From contig CAYPUA010000008.1 of the NCBI GenBank assembly GCA_964413875.1, positions 28,556-92,555 of the forward strand: a stretch of 64,000 bases of DNA, written 5' to 3'. The position numbers and the translations under genes are program-made. The DNA comes from an uncultured Bdellovibrionales bacterium (GTDB lineage Bacteria > Bdellovibrionota_C > UBA2361 > OMII01). This document shows, in pieces, positions 9,761 through 20,847 of the stretch; positions within the stretch are counted from its first letter, which is position 1, and every line of letters starts with the position of its first letter. The notes under the pieces were generated by a model. That model was not told where the DNA came from. It was given only the letters and a program-made list of their open reading frames with translations, and did no database searches.

Positions 9761-10504
9761 CTACGACAGCGAGCGATTTATCTCGTCGAAGAGCCGCTTA
9801 AAAGCCTCGACCGAGGACGGGTAGTTTTGCCCAAAACGCTTAATGACGAGTGCGTAGAGATCGTCGGGGCTCGTTGCAACAACGAGCTCCATGCGCCGGA
9901 AGAGCGGATGCTGGTCGAGCAAGGCTCGGCGCCGCTTGAAGTAGTTCTCCTTTAGCCGCATCTCCATCGCATCGTGGAAGAAGCGGCGTGACTCTCCCTT
10001 GAGCGCGTGAATCGCCCGGGTGTAGCTCCGGTACTCATCGCGATCACGGAAGTCCCCAAAGCCCTTCTTGTTCCGGTAGAAGCGAACGGGATGGTACTCA
10101 AGCAGCACGCCATCGACCAGGAAGTCTACCGAGTAGGTGTTTCCCCGCCCATCTGAGCCGATTGCGACCTGGAAGGTAAGCCCCTTACGCAGCTCGAAGG
10201 CAGGCACGAAGCGGCGCAGCAGTTCAGCGCAGATCGCCTCTGACCGAGAGCAGAACTCTGGCTCAGCTCCTGTGGGCGGCGGGGTGAGCTCAAAGCGTGC
10301 TTCCCTCTGAAGGGGCTTATCCCGGTTCGCGCTCGCTAATTTTCTGAATTTTTTTCTGAGGTGCCGGCGTGGCAAACGGGTCGGGCGATCGAGGTGAACG
10401 GGGATTTCCGTCTCACATCGCTCTGCGAAAGGCTCGTCAGCGAATGTCGCTGGGCTCTCTTCTTTCAACCTCTGCTCCTCAATGACTGCGAGGGCACTAA
10501 CCAC
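9761..10504 (-). CDS. hypothetical protein with possible restriction-endonuclease-like (PD-(D/E)xK / DUF559-like) core
   Basis: 247-aa ORF; SRSEAICAELL...YSVDFLVDGVLLEYHP resembles an E...D...ExH nuclease-fold core; weak. Confidence 0.35.
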   Translation of the reverse strand: MVSALAVIEEQRLKEESPATFADEPFAERCETEIPVHLDRPTRLPRRHLRKKFRKLASANRDKPLQREARFELTPPPTGAEPEFCSRSEAICAELLRRFVPAFELRKGLTFQVAIGSDGRGNTYSVDFLVDGVLLEYHPVRFYRNKKGFGDFRDRDEYRSYTRAIHALKGESRRFFHDAMEMRLKENYFKRRRALLDQHPLFRRMELVVATSPDDLYALVIKRFGQNYPSSVEAFKRLFDEINRSLS

Positions 10505-10625
10505 TCGAATGCGGCTTGGGCTTAACCAGCTGCCCTTTTACCGCCTACCTCTTCTGATGAGCCTGGCACCCGGTTGGGTTCGAGAAAGAGCCGGCTATTT
10601 TTGCTTAAATCCCGCTAAGCGGGCT

Positions 10626-10657
10626 AACAAACAGGGGCAATAGCCTCACTGTGCCCC
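10626..10657 (-). terminator. putative intrinsic terminator after pgl
   Basis: Minus strand right after the stop: GGGGCA-12 nt loop-TGCCCC followed by tgtttgtt. Confidence 0.45.
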
Positions 10658-11377
10658 TCACCCAGCTAGGTCAGTTACGATAACGCAGCGCTCAGCCGCA
10701 GTCGCAAGGAGTGCTGGGCACTCTTCTATCAGAGTGCTGTCTGCATTAAACGCGCTCCAGGCAGCGCGCTTCCCCTCTCCGAGGAAGAGCAGAATGCTCA
10801 TGGTAGCGCCTGTAATGAGCGCCTTGCCAGCTGTCATGCGAGCGGGCGGTGGTTTCGGCGAATCCTGGAACGAGAAGAAAGCTCGCTCTTCGTGCCGCAG
10901 CACCGCGTGGCGCGGGAAGAGCCCGGCAACGTGTCCGTCTTCGCCCACGCCGAGCACCACAACTGTGAACCGCCCCCCGAAGCCGGAGAGATCCTCTGCG
11001 TACGAAGCGCAGCCGAAGTCCTGCTTGGTGCTATCAGTGAGGAAGGGATGAAGCTGGCTCGCCTGGACCGCACCCTGCTCCACTAACTTGTCGAAAAGAA
11101 GCTTTTTGAGGCCGCCGAAGTTGCTCTGCTCGTCTGTGAGAGGCACCAGCCGCTCATCGACCATGAAGAACTGGACTCTCTGCAGAAGCTCGCTCGGCTG
11201 TTGATGAGACTCTCGCTCAAGCGCCGTCAGCAGCCCGACAACGCTCCGTCCTCCGCACAGCCCAATGGTGAGAGGAGCGTTTTTCGGCTGCGCTGCGAGC
11301 GCCGCAAAGATTCTTCTCGCTGCCTCAAGCAGCGCACTCTCAAGCGAAGCCCCCGCTTGCACTATCTCCACCGCCAT
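10658..11377 (-). CDS. pgl: 6-phosphogluconolactonase
   Basis: 239 aa; LCGGRS, FFMVDERLVPLTDEQSNFG and VLGVGEDGHVAGLFP match the Pgl/NagB-fold lactonase motifs. Confidence 0.8.
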   Translation of the reverse strand: MAVEIVQAGASLESALLEAARRIFAALAAQPKNAPLTIGLCGGRSVVGLLTALERESHQQPSELLQRVQFFMVDERLVPLTDEQSNFGGLKKLLFDKLVEQGAVQASQLHPFLTDSTKQDFGCASYAEDLSGFGGRFTVVVLGVGEDGHVAGLFPRHAVLRHEERAFFSFQDSPKPPPARMTAGKALITGATMSILLFLGEGKRAAWSAFNADSTLIEECPALLATAAERCVIVTDLAG

Positions 11378-11378
11378 C

Positions 11379-13475
11379 TCACTTCTCCGTCAAATTCCAC
11401 ACTGGAGAGAACGCCTTTCCGCTCTCCACCTCATCGCTGATTCGCTGGCAATATGCCTGACTGACTGGGTCGTCGGCAAACTTCGAGAAAATCGCCTGCG
11501 CCTCTGATAGCCGGCCGCTCTCGAAGAGGGTGCGGGCCTGATCGAACTCCCCTAAACGCGTGGTCACGGCTCCATCGAGCTCCGAGTCAAGGGGCTGGAA
11601 GAGGGCTACTGGCTCAGACCTGCCCACAACCCGAACTCGGCCGATTTCCCTCCACGGCTGCCCCTCTCCTGCCCTGCGCCTCGTGTCTCCGGAGACGAGC
11701 AGTGAAGTTCCGAACACCTTATTCGTGCCTTCGAGCCGGGAGGCGAGGTTCGCAGCATCCCCGATAACAGTGTAGTTGAAGCGAGTCGATGAGCCGAAGT
11801 TTCCGACCGTGACGATGCCGGTGTGAATGCCGATGCGCATCTGCAAGTCCACATCAAACTCTCTCTTGAAGAAGCCTCGCAGCTCCTTGAGCCTATGCTG
11901 GCATGCAAGCGCTGCCTGCACTGCGCGCTTCTCGTGGTCTGCAACAGCCAGGGGAGCGTTCCAGAAGGCGATGATTGCATCCCCCTCGTACTTGTCGATT
12001 GTGCCCCCTGAGGCCAAGAGAATGTCGGTCATCTCTGAGAGGAAGCGGTTTAAAAATGCGACGAGCCTGTCCGGCTGCATTCGTTCCGAGATAGTCGTGA
12101 AGCCCGCAATGTCCGAGAAGAAGATGGTGAGTTCACGCCGCTCTCCGCCGAGCGAGAGCGCTGATGGGTCGCGGACAATCTGCTCAATCACTGCCGGAGT
12201 TACGTAGTGCTGAAAAGCGCCCTTTATAAATCGGTGCTCCCGGCCTTCGACTTGGTATTGCAGGAGGAATACGAGTGGCAGCACGCACATCGCGCCCGTG
12301 AGAGGAACGACGACCGGTATCCACCAACCAAACAACGCACCACAATATGCAATCCCACTCCATGAGACGATCGTCGCGACAATCAGTCCAACCTGGTAAC
12401 TCGTGGCCCGCATGCTCACAAGACTCACGAGCCCTAGGAAGCCTACCGTCAGGAGCGTCGCGACCCAGTCCGGGACGTGCCGCATAAAGCTGGAGTGAAT
12501 GATATTGTCGAGTACAGTCGCATTGAGCTCAACTCCAGGGAAATTTCCTGCCACCGGCACCGGCCGCAGGTCTAGTAGGCCCGGTGCGTTCGTTCCGATC
12601 AGAACGTACGAGTCTTTAAATTCCTCAAGTGGAATATCCGGCTGCTGCCCCGCCTCAAGCTTCAAGTAGCTATTGATGACTGCTGCTATTGAGAATGATT
12701 GGTATGTCGCCTCTGGTCCGAAAAAGCGCACCAGCAGCTTTCCGGAAGGCCCAGCAAGATCCCTCAGTTCAGCCGCCTTCTCCGCCCCGGGGTTCGCAAG
12801 GTTGAAGAGAGCGAGTGGGAGGTTGAGCACTGGTGTTCCTCGGACGAAGGCTCCCGCCTGAGCATGCCGAAAAATTTTATCCGCATCTGCTTCGGCACTC
12901 ACATTGCCCAGAGCTGGGCTCGATTCAATCAAGAGATCAATCGGCAACGTAGCGGACGGGTATTCAGGAGAGATACCAGTCTGTACATACGGCTCAATCT
13001 CGGCACGTCGTCGAGCCTGCGTGGCTCTAAAAAGGTCCTCAAGCGCCGGGTCGCCATCAACTGCTTCTCTGCGAAGAGAAACTGCGTTCACTACTGGCAA
13101 CGAGTGAGCTACAACCTCCGCAAACTCACGGTCGTCTCCTACGTGACTTGAGCTCTCCGTGAAGAGCATATCGAACGCGACCCCTCGAGCTCCTGCCCGC
13201 TGCAGGTAAAAAAGCACTGGGGCATACAGTGAGCGCGGCCAGGGCCAGTATATCTGCTCTTGGCGAGCAAAGTGGTCGAGGGAGGACTGGTCGACCATTA
13301 TTATCTTTATTTTGGGATCGTGCTGAGATGCGTCTGCTACGAGTCGTTGACGCATGTCCCAGGTTGCGCTCTCGATACTGAAGAACGCTTTGGTACTGAG
13401 AGCGACCCAGGAAAGCAGTGATGCGACCGCCCATATGATGAGCACTCCCCTTCGGATCTTTTGCGCAGCTCTCAT
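11379..13475 (-). CDS. CHASE2-domain membrane adenylate/guanylate cyclase (class III)
   Basis: 698 aa; N-terminal TM + extracytoplasmic region + 3 TM helices; catalytic FFSDIAGFT, KYEGDAIIAFWNAP, IGIHTGIVTVGNFGS, YTVIGDAANLASRLE. Confidence 0.9.
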   Translation of the reverse strand: MRAAQKIRRGVLIIWAVASLLSWVALSTKAFFSIESATWDMRQRLVADASQHDPKIKIIMVDQSSLDHFARQEQIYWPWPRSLYAPVLFYLQRAGARGVAFDMLFTESSSHVGDDREFAEVVAHSLPVVNAVSLRREAVDGDPALEDLFRATQARRRAEIEPYVQTGISPEYPSATLPIDLLIESSPALGNVSAEADADKIFRHAQAGAFVRGTPVLNLPLALFNLANPGAEKAAELRDLAGPSGKLLVRFFGPEATYQSFSIAAVINSYLKLEAGQQPDIPLEEFKDSYVLIGTNAPGLLDLRPVPVAGNFPGVELNATVLDNIIHSSFMRHVPDWVATLLTVGFLGLVSLVSMRATSYQVGLIVATIVSWSGIAYCGALFGWWIPVVVPLTGAMCVLPLVFLLQYQVEGREHRFIKGAFQHYVTPAVIEQIVRDPSALSLGGERRELTIFFSDIAGFTTISERMQPDRLVAFLNRFLSEMTDILLASGGTIDKYEGDAIIAFWNAPLAVADHEKRAVQAALACQHRLKELRGFFKREFDVDLQMRIGIHTGIVTVGNFGSSTRFNYTVIGDAANLASRLEGTNKVFGTSLLVSGDTRRRAGEGQPWREIGRVRVVGRSEPVALFQPLDSELDGAVTTRLGEFDQARTLFESGRLSEAQAIFSKFADDPVSQAYCQRISDEVESGKAFSPVWNLTEK

Positions 13476-13620
13476 ACTCCCTGCTCCTGGCGCCCCCGGC
13501 AGCGCTGCCTGAAGGGCGAGCCCAATGCTACCGCATGAACTACGGCAGGTGTATAGCCTATCAACAGAGACAGCGAGGAGTCGGACAGCTGCCCAACCGG
13601 AAGAAACCTAGCTCTTGCGG

Positions 13621-14778
13621 CTAGGCTGGTGTGGTATCACTCTTCTTCTCGATTAGACTCGCTAAGAGGCTCGGTCCGAGTCCGGTGCGCCAGTCGTTGG
13701 AGGTGATGTTACTCACTTCGACCTCGTGAGCTTCTAGCACTCGCCGTTTTAGGATATCGATACCACGCCGCACTCCACCGTCAGGCCCCCACGTGAAGTG
13801 AAACTGCATGCCATCCACTTCCAGCGCTATCGTCCTATTGTAGTCAGGAAGACGGAGCATTAAGTCCACGAAGAGGCCTGCAACATTCTCCTGTCGACAA
13901 ATCGAAAAAGTTTCACCCCGACTTTTTAATGAGTTCTCTAACCAGCTTCCGACCTGTCTTTCGAAAGAGCTCGACATATGCTCCCGGGCGGTGAGAGCCC
14001 AGAGCGCCTCTCTCTTTGACTCCCGATGCTTATCAAAATCTTCAAAGGGGAGTATCTGTTTGTCGAGGATGAGGGCACGGTACATCTCTCCCCACCGCTT
14101 CAGAGAGCAGTGGTGACCATCAAGGAAGTGTGAGCCAAGAACGGCCCGCGCGCTGCCTTCTTTGAGAAACGCAAGCGATAGTCCAATACGGGCCCTGGTC
14201 TCCGGATCGAGACTGTCGACCCGAGCCGAAGAACGAGCGGCTTTAATGAGCGCTTCTGTGAGTCGCGGAATCTCGGTCACATTGAGCTGGACCATCGCCC
14301 AGAGGAATCTGCAAAGCTGCTTCCCAGAGATCTCTCTGCGGGCCTCCTGTGCTCGCTCTGACAGCAACTCAAAAAGCCCAAGGTCTCGGTACCCGATGAT
14401 CGCCAAGGCTTCTGCGAACCGCGCTGCTAAGGCATTCGAAAAAGCTGGCCGAACGTCTTTGATGATGTCGCACGCAGCCTGGATGGATGCTCGAAGCCCG
14501 GAATCTGGTTTGTGCAGCTCAGTGGAAAACCTCCCATCCTTTCGAACAACCCGGGCCAGGCTCCAGAGCTCATGTACCACCTCTCGCAGAGCCGGTTCCG
14601 ATGCAGGAGCGCGCAGTAATGCTTGTCTGGCACGCTCAATCTCGCGGGCCTGCATCTCAACGGTCGCTTTGCTGAAGTGAGATAGGCCGGCCAGGCCGCC
14701 TTGTTGCCGGTCAGCGTCGTGGTTTTTTACGAACGGAGCAGGATCGAAGCTACAGGATTGACTTGGGAACGCCGCCAT
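13621..14778 (-). CDS. RAP-domain protein with FASTK/heptatricopeptide-like helical repeats
   Basis: 385 aa; C-terminus SSFERQVGSWLE..GLFVDLML..TIALEVDGMQFHF..ILKRRVLEAHEVEVSNITSNDW follows the RAP pattern (S.FE..V..L...D....iA.EvDGp.Hf...K.r.L...G..V..i...eW); upstream LCRFLWAMVQLNV-type helices. Confidence 0.6.
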   Translation of the reverse strand: MAAFPSQSCSFDPAPFVKNHDADRQQGGLAGLSHFSKATVEMQAREIERARQALLRAPASEPALREVVHELWSLARVVRKDGRFSTELHKPDSGLRASIQAACDIIKDVRPAFSNALAARFAEALAIIGYRDLGLFELLSERAQEARREISGKQLCRFLWAMVQLNVTEIPRLTEALIKAARSSARVDSLDPETRARIGLSLAFLKEGSARAVLGSHFLDGHHCSLKRWGEMYRALILDKQILPFEDFDKHRESKREALWALTAREHMSSSFERQVGSWLENSLKSRGETFSICRQENVAGLFVDLMLRLPDYNRTIALEVDGMQFHFTWGPDGGVRRGIDILKRRVLEAHEVEVSNITSNDWRTGLGPSLLASLIEKKSDTTPA

Positions 14779-14860
14779 AGACGGCGCACTGTAGCAACGG
14801 CTTCATAGCACTCGCAATCTCGAAGATTAGGTACCAAGACTACAGAAAAAGAATCGCGCC

Positions 14861-15763
14861 CTACCTAAGTCCTGAGAACCGCGCCTTTCTTGAGCTCGGT
14901 GGATCCTGAGGTGCGGGGAACGAGAATTCAGAGCTGATCTCCGATATGCGATCGGACGGAGCTGGGTGCGTTGCGTACCACCCCCCCTGCTCTCCTGTTT
15001 GGTGACTTTCAAGAATTCCGAGGACACGCACCAGCGCATTCGGATCGTAGCCAGCTCGCTGCAGAAGCTCTGCCGCATACAGATCGGCCTCGTACTCTTG
15101 GCGCCGGTCAAAGCCCTTCGTGAGTAGCTTGTCCACTACATCGGAAACACTCTCTGAGAAGATTCCCGTAATCTCCCCAAGATCGACTGGACTGGATACC
15201 TGACTCGCTGCAACCGAAGCACTCGCTTGCCCGAAGTCAGTCAGCGCAGAGAAGAGCTTCGCGTTTGAGATGGCGTTGACGCCGTGACGTTTTGCGATAT
15301 GAGCAATCTCATGTGCGAGCACAGCGGCAACGGCATCTTCATCCGGAAGCTCTCTGAGGAATCCTGACGAAACGTAGACGAATCCTCCTGGCGCGGAGAA
15401 TGCGTTAATCTCTTTCGACTGCACCGCCATAAAGTGGTACCCCCCGAACGTCTCCGGCATGTCGGACACGCCGACGAGTGTCATGCCGATCTTGTTGAGG
15501 TATGCCGTCGAGGCCGCATTTTGTTGAGGAGGATACTTCGCGAGCACGTTGGCTGATACTGCTCGGCCGAGGTAGTACTCCTGCTTCGGGATCAGCTCTT
15601 CCTGAGATTTGACCAGGCTGTCGCCTGCCGAAATGAGGCTAGAGGCCTGAGCTTGAGAAACGTACCCCGTCGAGGAGAGCACCTGCGCTCCAACCTGTTG
15701 AAACGCTGGATGTGAGCATCCAGCAAGCATCAGCAGCGAGATGAACAGTGTGGGCTTCTTCAT
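14861..15763 (-). CDS. M48-family zinc metallopeptidase lipoprotein
   Basis: 300 aa; lipoprotein signal LLMLAGCS; HExxH in LAHEIAHIAKRH. Confidence 0.8.
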   Translation of the reverse strand: MKKPTLFISLLMLAGCSHPAFQQVGAQVLSSTGYVSQAQASSLISAGDSLVKSQEELIPKQEYYLGRAVSANVLAKYPPQQNAASTAYLNKIGMTLVGVSDMPETFGGYHFMAVQSKEINAFSAPGGFVYVSSGFLRELPDEDAVAAVLAHEIAHIAKRHGVNAISNAKLFSALTDFGQASASVAASQVSSPVDLGEITGIFSESVSDVVDKLLTKGFDRRQEYEADLYAAELLQRAGYDPNALVRVLGILESHQTGEQGGWYATHPAPSDRISEISSEFSFPAPQDPPSSRKARFSGLR

Positions 15764-15766
15764 ACG

Positions 15767-16219
15767 CTACTTAAGCCCCCCTTGCTTGATAAACTGCTCT
15801 ACCTCACCCGGCGAGACTCGCGCAGTACGTTCGACGTAATCCACTAGGTCGAATCGTGCTCCCGCGTCTTGCTTGATGTACTGCTGCTCTACCTCCTTGC
15901 TAAAGCCCTTCCCAGCCATGACAACTTCTGATGAGTCGGCTTGAACTTTCTTCAGGTCTGCCGCGGAAAGCACGATCTGGTCTGCCGAAATGGCGGAGAG
16001 CGGAAGGTATCCCTGGTGACCACCCGCAGCGACCTTCGCCCAGCCACCGTCTACCGACAGCTTGTCTATCTTTTCCCCGTACCGAACAGCTCCGACAGAT
16101 GGCGCATAAAATTTGGGCTGCGTTCGTAGCTGCGATTGCCGCACCTGAACCCAAGCGGGCTCGGCAAATGCGGGGCTGCTCGCTACCAGGCTGAGCGCCA
16201 ACAAGGCTAGTTTCTTCAT
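15767..16219 (-). CDS. secreted bacterial SH3-domain protein
   Basis: 150 aa; signal peptide ending SPAFAEP; SH3b-like WVQVRQSQLRTQPKFYAPSVGAVRYGEKIDKL..GWAKV; 3-nt gap to the M48 gene. Confidence 0.55.
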   Translation of the reverse strand: MKKLALLALSLVASSPAFAEPAWVQVRQSQLRTQPKFYAPSVGAVRYGEKIDKLSVDGGWAKVAAGGHQGYLPLSAISADQIVLSAADLKKVQADSSEVVMAGKGFSKEVEQQYIKQDAGARFDLVDYVERTARVSPGEVEQFIKQGGLK

Positions 16220-16454
16220 GGCGACCTCCGAAGATGGAATCCCTTTGAAACCGATGACTGAGGGCTGGAAACCCCGCCGTCGGGGATTCCCGCTGACTCC
16301 TGCTTCAGCCGGGCGCTACGTGTACCCCTAGGCTGATGCTCCAAAGTATAGCTATTTTGCTCAGACCCGAAAGGAGTAGATGCAGACCAGGAGGCCCCTT
16401 AACGGAGACTCTCCAACACACTCCCGTAAACACATGCACCTGAGGCGCTGGACC

Positions 16455-17807
<1,353 letters not shown>

Positions 17808-17937
17808 TTATACCCGACGAGCCGCTTATTTGAAATAAATCCCCCGCCGATCTAAGGTTCCGGGCGGCGCGCTCGAACAATCCGGGCGTGCGGGGAAACG
17901 TGAGCAAAAAAACTGAGCTTTTTACTGCCCTTGCCTG

Positions 17938-19281
17938 ATGTCTACTCCTGCAGAACTCCTCCACCAACCAGCAGGCCAGCTCGGCGTTTTTGACGCAATC
18001 GAGAGCCTACCTGAGATTGTTCGCCTGGGCCTGCTGCGCCTCCACAACGCTTGCTACCAAAAGGGCGCTCCGTCATGCGCCTGGGACTCGAGCGAGATTC
18101 ACCTCCCTGACCCGAAACGAGCCGAGCGTTTCCGCCCGGCAGTCCTGATTGACATCGGCGGCACCCAAACCAAGGTGGGCTACCAAAACGAGCTTGGCGA
18201 AGTGCGTTGCCTCTTCGACCACCCAAACACGTGGTTCCAGTCCGCCGATCCCGGGGATGACTCGCGTGCGCTTGAGCCCTTCCTTGATGCGTTGGTCGGT
18301 GAGATTAAAAAGAGCGTCCCTAGTCTCGCCCCCGACTGCTGCCTCGGGCTGATTTGGTCGAACCAGGTTCAGTGTGTGCCAATAGCTACGCCTACTACCC
18401 GCGGCGTGTCGGGGATTGTTCGTGGCTCGAAATCCGGCGGCTACCGCAAAGGCGAGTGGTTCTTGCGAGGAATCCGGGACGGAGACGATATCGGAGCGTT
18501 GTTCCTTCTCGCTCTCAGCCGTGTTGGATGGAAGCCGGCTGTCTTTCTTCTCGGAAACGACACGGTCTTCACGCTGTTCGCAACCCCGCGCTCGCGCGCT
18601 GGCGTCGTCATGTCATCTGGGGGCAACTGCACGGTGATTGGCGATGAGGGCCGAGAAAAGGGCCACATCATAAATACGGAACTCGGGGGAAATCTCGCTA
18701 TTCCAGAGGACTTGCTCTCCGCTGGCGACCGATTCTGCGCTGAGATGCGCGGCGTATCGTCGCTCTCGCTTGAAGAGCTGTCCGCGGGCCTGTGGTTTCC
18801 GACGCTCGTGTATGCGCACGTGTGCGCGGCGGCGGATCTTCCTGAAGGCAGCACGCTTTCCACGCTACGGGACGCTCTCGTATCGGGCGAAGTTACGCTC
18901 AACAACCGCATGCTCGTTGCGTCCCTTAAAAATCCTTCGTCGGAGCTTGTTCCCCAAGTTATTCGGGATGCGGGCTCAAGCTTCACTGCGCTCCTTGAAG
19001 CCCTTGTGATGCGGGGCGGCGCTCTCGCTGGGGCATTGTGCTACCTTTCAGTAGCCAGCCAGCTTGATCACCCCGAGGGGCCCATCGTTGTTTCGCTCGA
19101 TAGCTCGATGTCGCGCCACTTCCCTGGATACTTCACCTCTCTTTCGAAAACGTTCAAAGATCTCTGCGGCGACAAGGTTGCGGACCTAATTCTTTCGCAC
19201 CCGATGCCGGTGGATGACGGTGGAGAGATATCTGTCCCGATGCAAGGCATCGCTCGGGCCCTGAACACCTACGAGGCGTAG
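17938..19281 (+). CDS. hexokinase-family sugar kinase
   Basis: 447 aa; LIDIGGTQTKVG (hexokinase LDLGGTNFRV), LLGNDTVFTLFA (NDTVGTL), SSGGNCTVI + INTELGGN (GTGTNACY + NTEWGAF), VSLDSSMSRHFPGY (DGSVY..P.F). Confidence 0.55.
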   Translation: MSTPAELLHQPAGQLGVFDAIESLPEIVRLGLLRLHNACYQKGAPSCAWDSSEIHLPDPKRAERFRPAVLIDIGGTQTKVGYQNELGEVRCLFDHPNTWFQSADPGDDSRALEPFLDALVGEIKKSVPSLAPDCCLGLIWSNQVQCVPIATPTTRGVSGIVRGSKSGGYRKGEWFLRGIRDGDDIGALFLLALSRVGWKPAVFLLGNDTVFTLFATPRSRAGVVMSSGGNCTVIGDEGREKGHIINTELGGNLAIPEDLLSAGDRFCAEMRGVSSLSLEELSAGLWFPTLVYAHVCAAADLPEGSTLSTLRDALVSGEVTLNNRMLVASLKNPSSELVPQVIRDAGSSFTALLEALVMRGGALAGALCYLSVASQLDHPEGPIVVSLDSSMSRHFPGYFTSLSKTFKDLCGDKVADLILSHPMPVDDGGEISVPMQGIARALNTYEA

Positions 19282-19282
19282 C

Positions 19283-20083
19283 GTGGAAGTCATCATCTGC
19301 CCAACAGCCGAAAAAGCCGCAGCTCTCACGGCGCAGCTCGTAGCGGATCTTCTCAAAAGCAAGCCAGCCTCTGTGCTCGGCCTCGCCACCGGGCGAACGA
19401 TGGACGCGGTGTACGCGACGCTGCGTCTCAAGCACCAAGCAGAGGGCCTCGACTTCTCGCAAGCAAAAACGTTCAACCTCGACGAGTACATCGGCATCCC
19501 GGCTTCGCACCCGCAATCGTACCGAAGCACGATGGACAACTCCCTGTTCAAGCACGTCAACATCAACCCGAAGAACACGCACCTGCCAGACGGCCAGGCG
19601 AAGGACCTCGACGCTGAGTGTCTCCGTTACGAGCAGGCGATCGAGCGCACCGGTGGAATCGACCTGCAGCTCCTCGGAATCGGCTCGAACGGCCACCTCG
19701 CATTCAACGAACCGCTCTCATCCCTCTCCTCTCGCACCCGGACCAAGTCGCTCACCCCTGAAACCCGCGAGCAAAACAGCGGTTTCTTCGGAGGGGCCAG
19801 CAACGTTCCATCCCGAGCGATTACTATGGGGGTCGGCACCATCCTCGATAGCCGCTGGTGCTTGATGCTCGCTACCGGCAGCTCAAAAGCAGAGATCCTC
19901 CAGAAGGCGATTGAGGGTCCCGTGTGCTCGGTTGTCACCGCCAGCGCGCTGCAGATGCACCGCCGCTGCACCGTGATCGTCGACGAACCGGCGGCTTCCA
20001 AACTGCAGTTTACTGATTACTACCGCTGGATATTCTCAAACGAGCCCGAATGGTCAGCATATCGGGCATTTGCAGCGCCGTAG
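19283..20083 (+). CDS. nagB: glucosamine-6-phosphate deaminase
   Basis: 266 aa, GTG start 1 nt after the upstream stop; LGLATGRT, FNLDEYIG, LLGIGSNGHLAFNEP. Confidence 0.9.
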   Translation: MEVIICPTAEKAAALTAQLVADLLKSKPASVLGLATGRTMDAVYATLRLKHQAEGLDFSQAKTFNLDEYIGIPASHPQSYRSTMDNSLFKHVNINPKNTHLPDGQAKDLDAECLRYEQAIERTGGIDLQLLGIGSNGHLAFNEPLSSLSSRTRTKSLTPETREQNSGFFGGASNVPSRAITMGVGTILDSRWCLMLATGSSKAEILQKAIEGPVCSVVTASALQMHRRCTVIVDEPAASKLQFTDYYRWIFSNEPEWSAYRAFAAP

Positions 20084-20202
20084 ACTAAAACACCGTTACG
20101 CCAACAGGCGTTAAGACCACTTTACGTATTGTTTTGGGGAAAGAGGGTGAAGTAGCCTCTCCGACGGGAATTGAATCCCGTTATTCGAAAAGGAAAGTAA
20201 AA

Positions 20203-20820
20203 ATGAAGAAGATACTGTCTCTCGTTGCGGCCGCCATGGCGTTCGGCGCTACGGCAGCTTCGGCTGATCCGCTCATGAAGTATAACTACTTCGACGTTGC
20301 CTACCAGTGGAACGACACCAAGGGTATCCAGGGTATCCTCCCGACCAACGGTGTAGACACCAAGCTCTCTATCTCGCCCTTCGAGAACTTCGCGTTCGAA
20401 GGCGGTTACAACTATGCTAACGGCGACTTCTCCAAGTCGATCCGTGACTTGGTTGACACCAGCAGCATCAACTACAACACATGGTCATACGGTATCTTGG
20501 GCTACTACCACTGGTGCCCAGGCCTCGACTTCCTCGCTCGTGTGGGTGGCAATCACTTCAACGCGAATGCTGACATCGAGGGTGACCACGTAACTGACTC
20601 CGCTGACCGCGTATACGCTGGTGTTGGCTCCCGTTACCTCCTCACCGACACGCTCGAAGTTGACGCTAACGTCCTCTACCAGAACGTAAACGGTGCTCTC
20701 TGGACATACTCCGGAACAGCGCTCTACACGCTTCTTGAGAACGTAGCTCTCAAGGCCGATGCTGGCATCGACAACGAGTCGAGCGTAACGCTCGGCGCCG
20801 GTGTCCGTTTGGCGATGTAA
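20203..20820 (+). CDS. small outer-membrane beta-barrel protein (OmpA-barrel/OmpW-like)
   Basis: Start moved to MKKILSLVAAAMAFGATAASA (aggaaag SD upstream); alternating-hydrophobic strands; ends GAGVRLAM. Confidence 0.6.
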   Translation: MKKILSLVAAAMAFGATAASADPLMKYNYFDVAYQWNDTKGIQGILPTNGVDTKLSISPFENFAFEGGYNYANGDFSKSIRDLVDTSSINYNTWSYGILGYYHWCPGLDFLARVGGNHFNANADIEGDHVTDSADRVYAGVGSRYLLTDTLEVDANVLYQNVNGALWTYSGTALYTLLENVALKADAGIDNESSVTLGAGVRLAM

Positions 20821-20847
20821 TCGGAACGATTACGCGCTAATCGCGAA

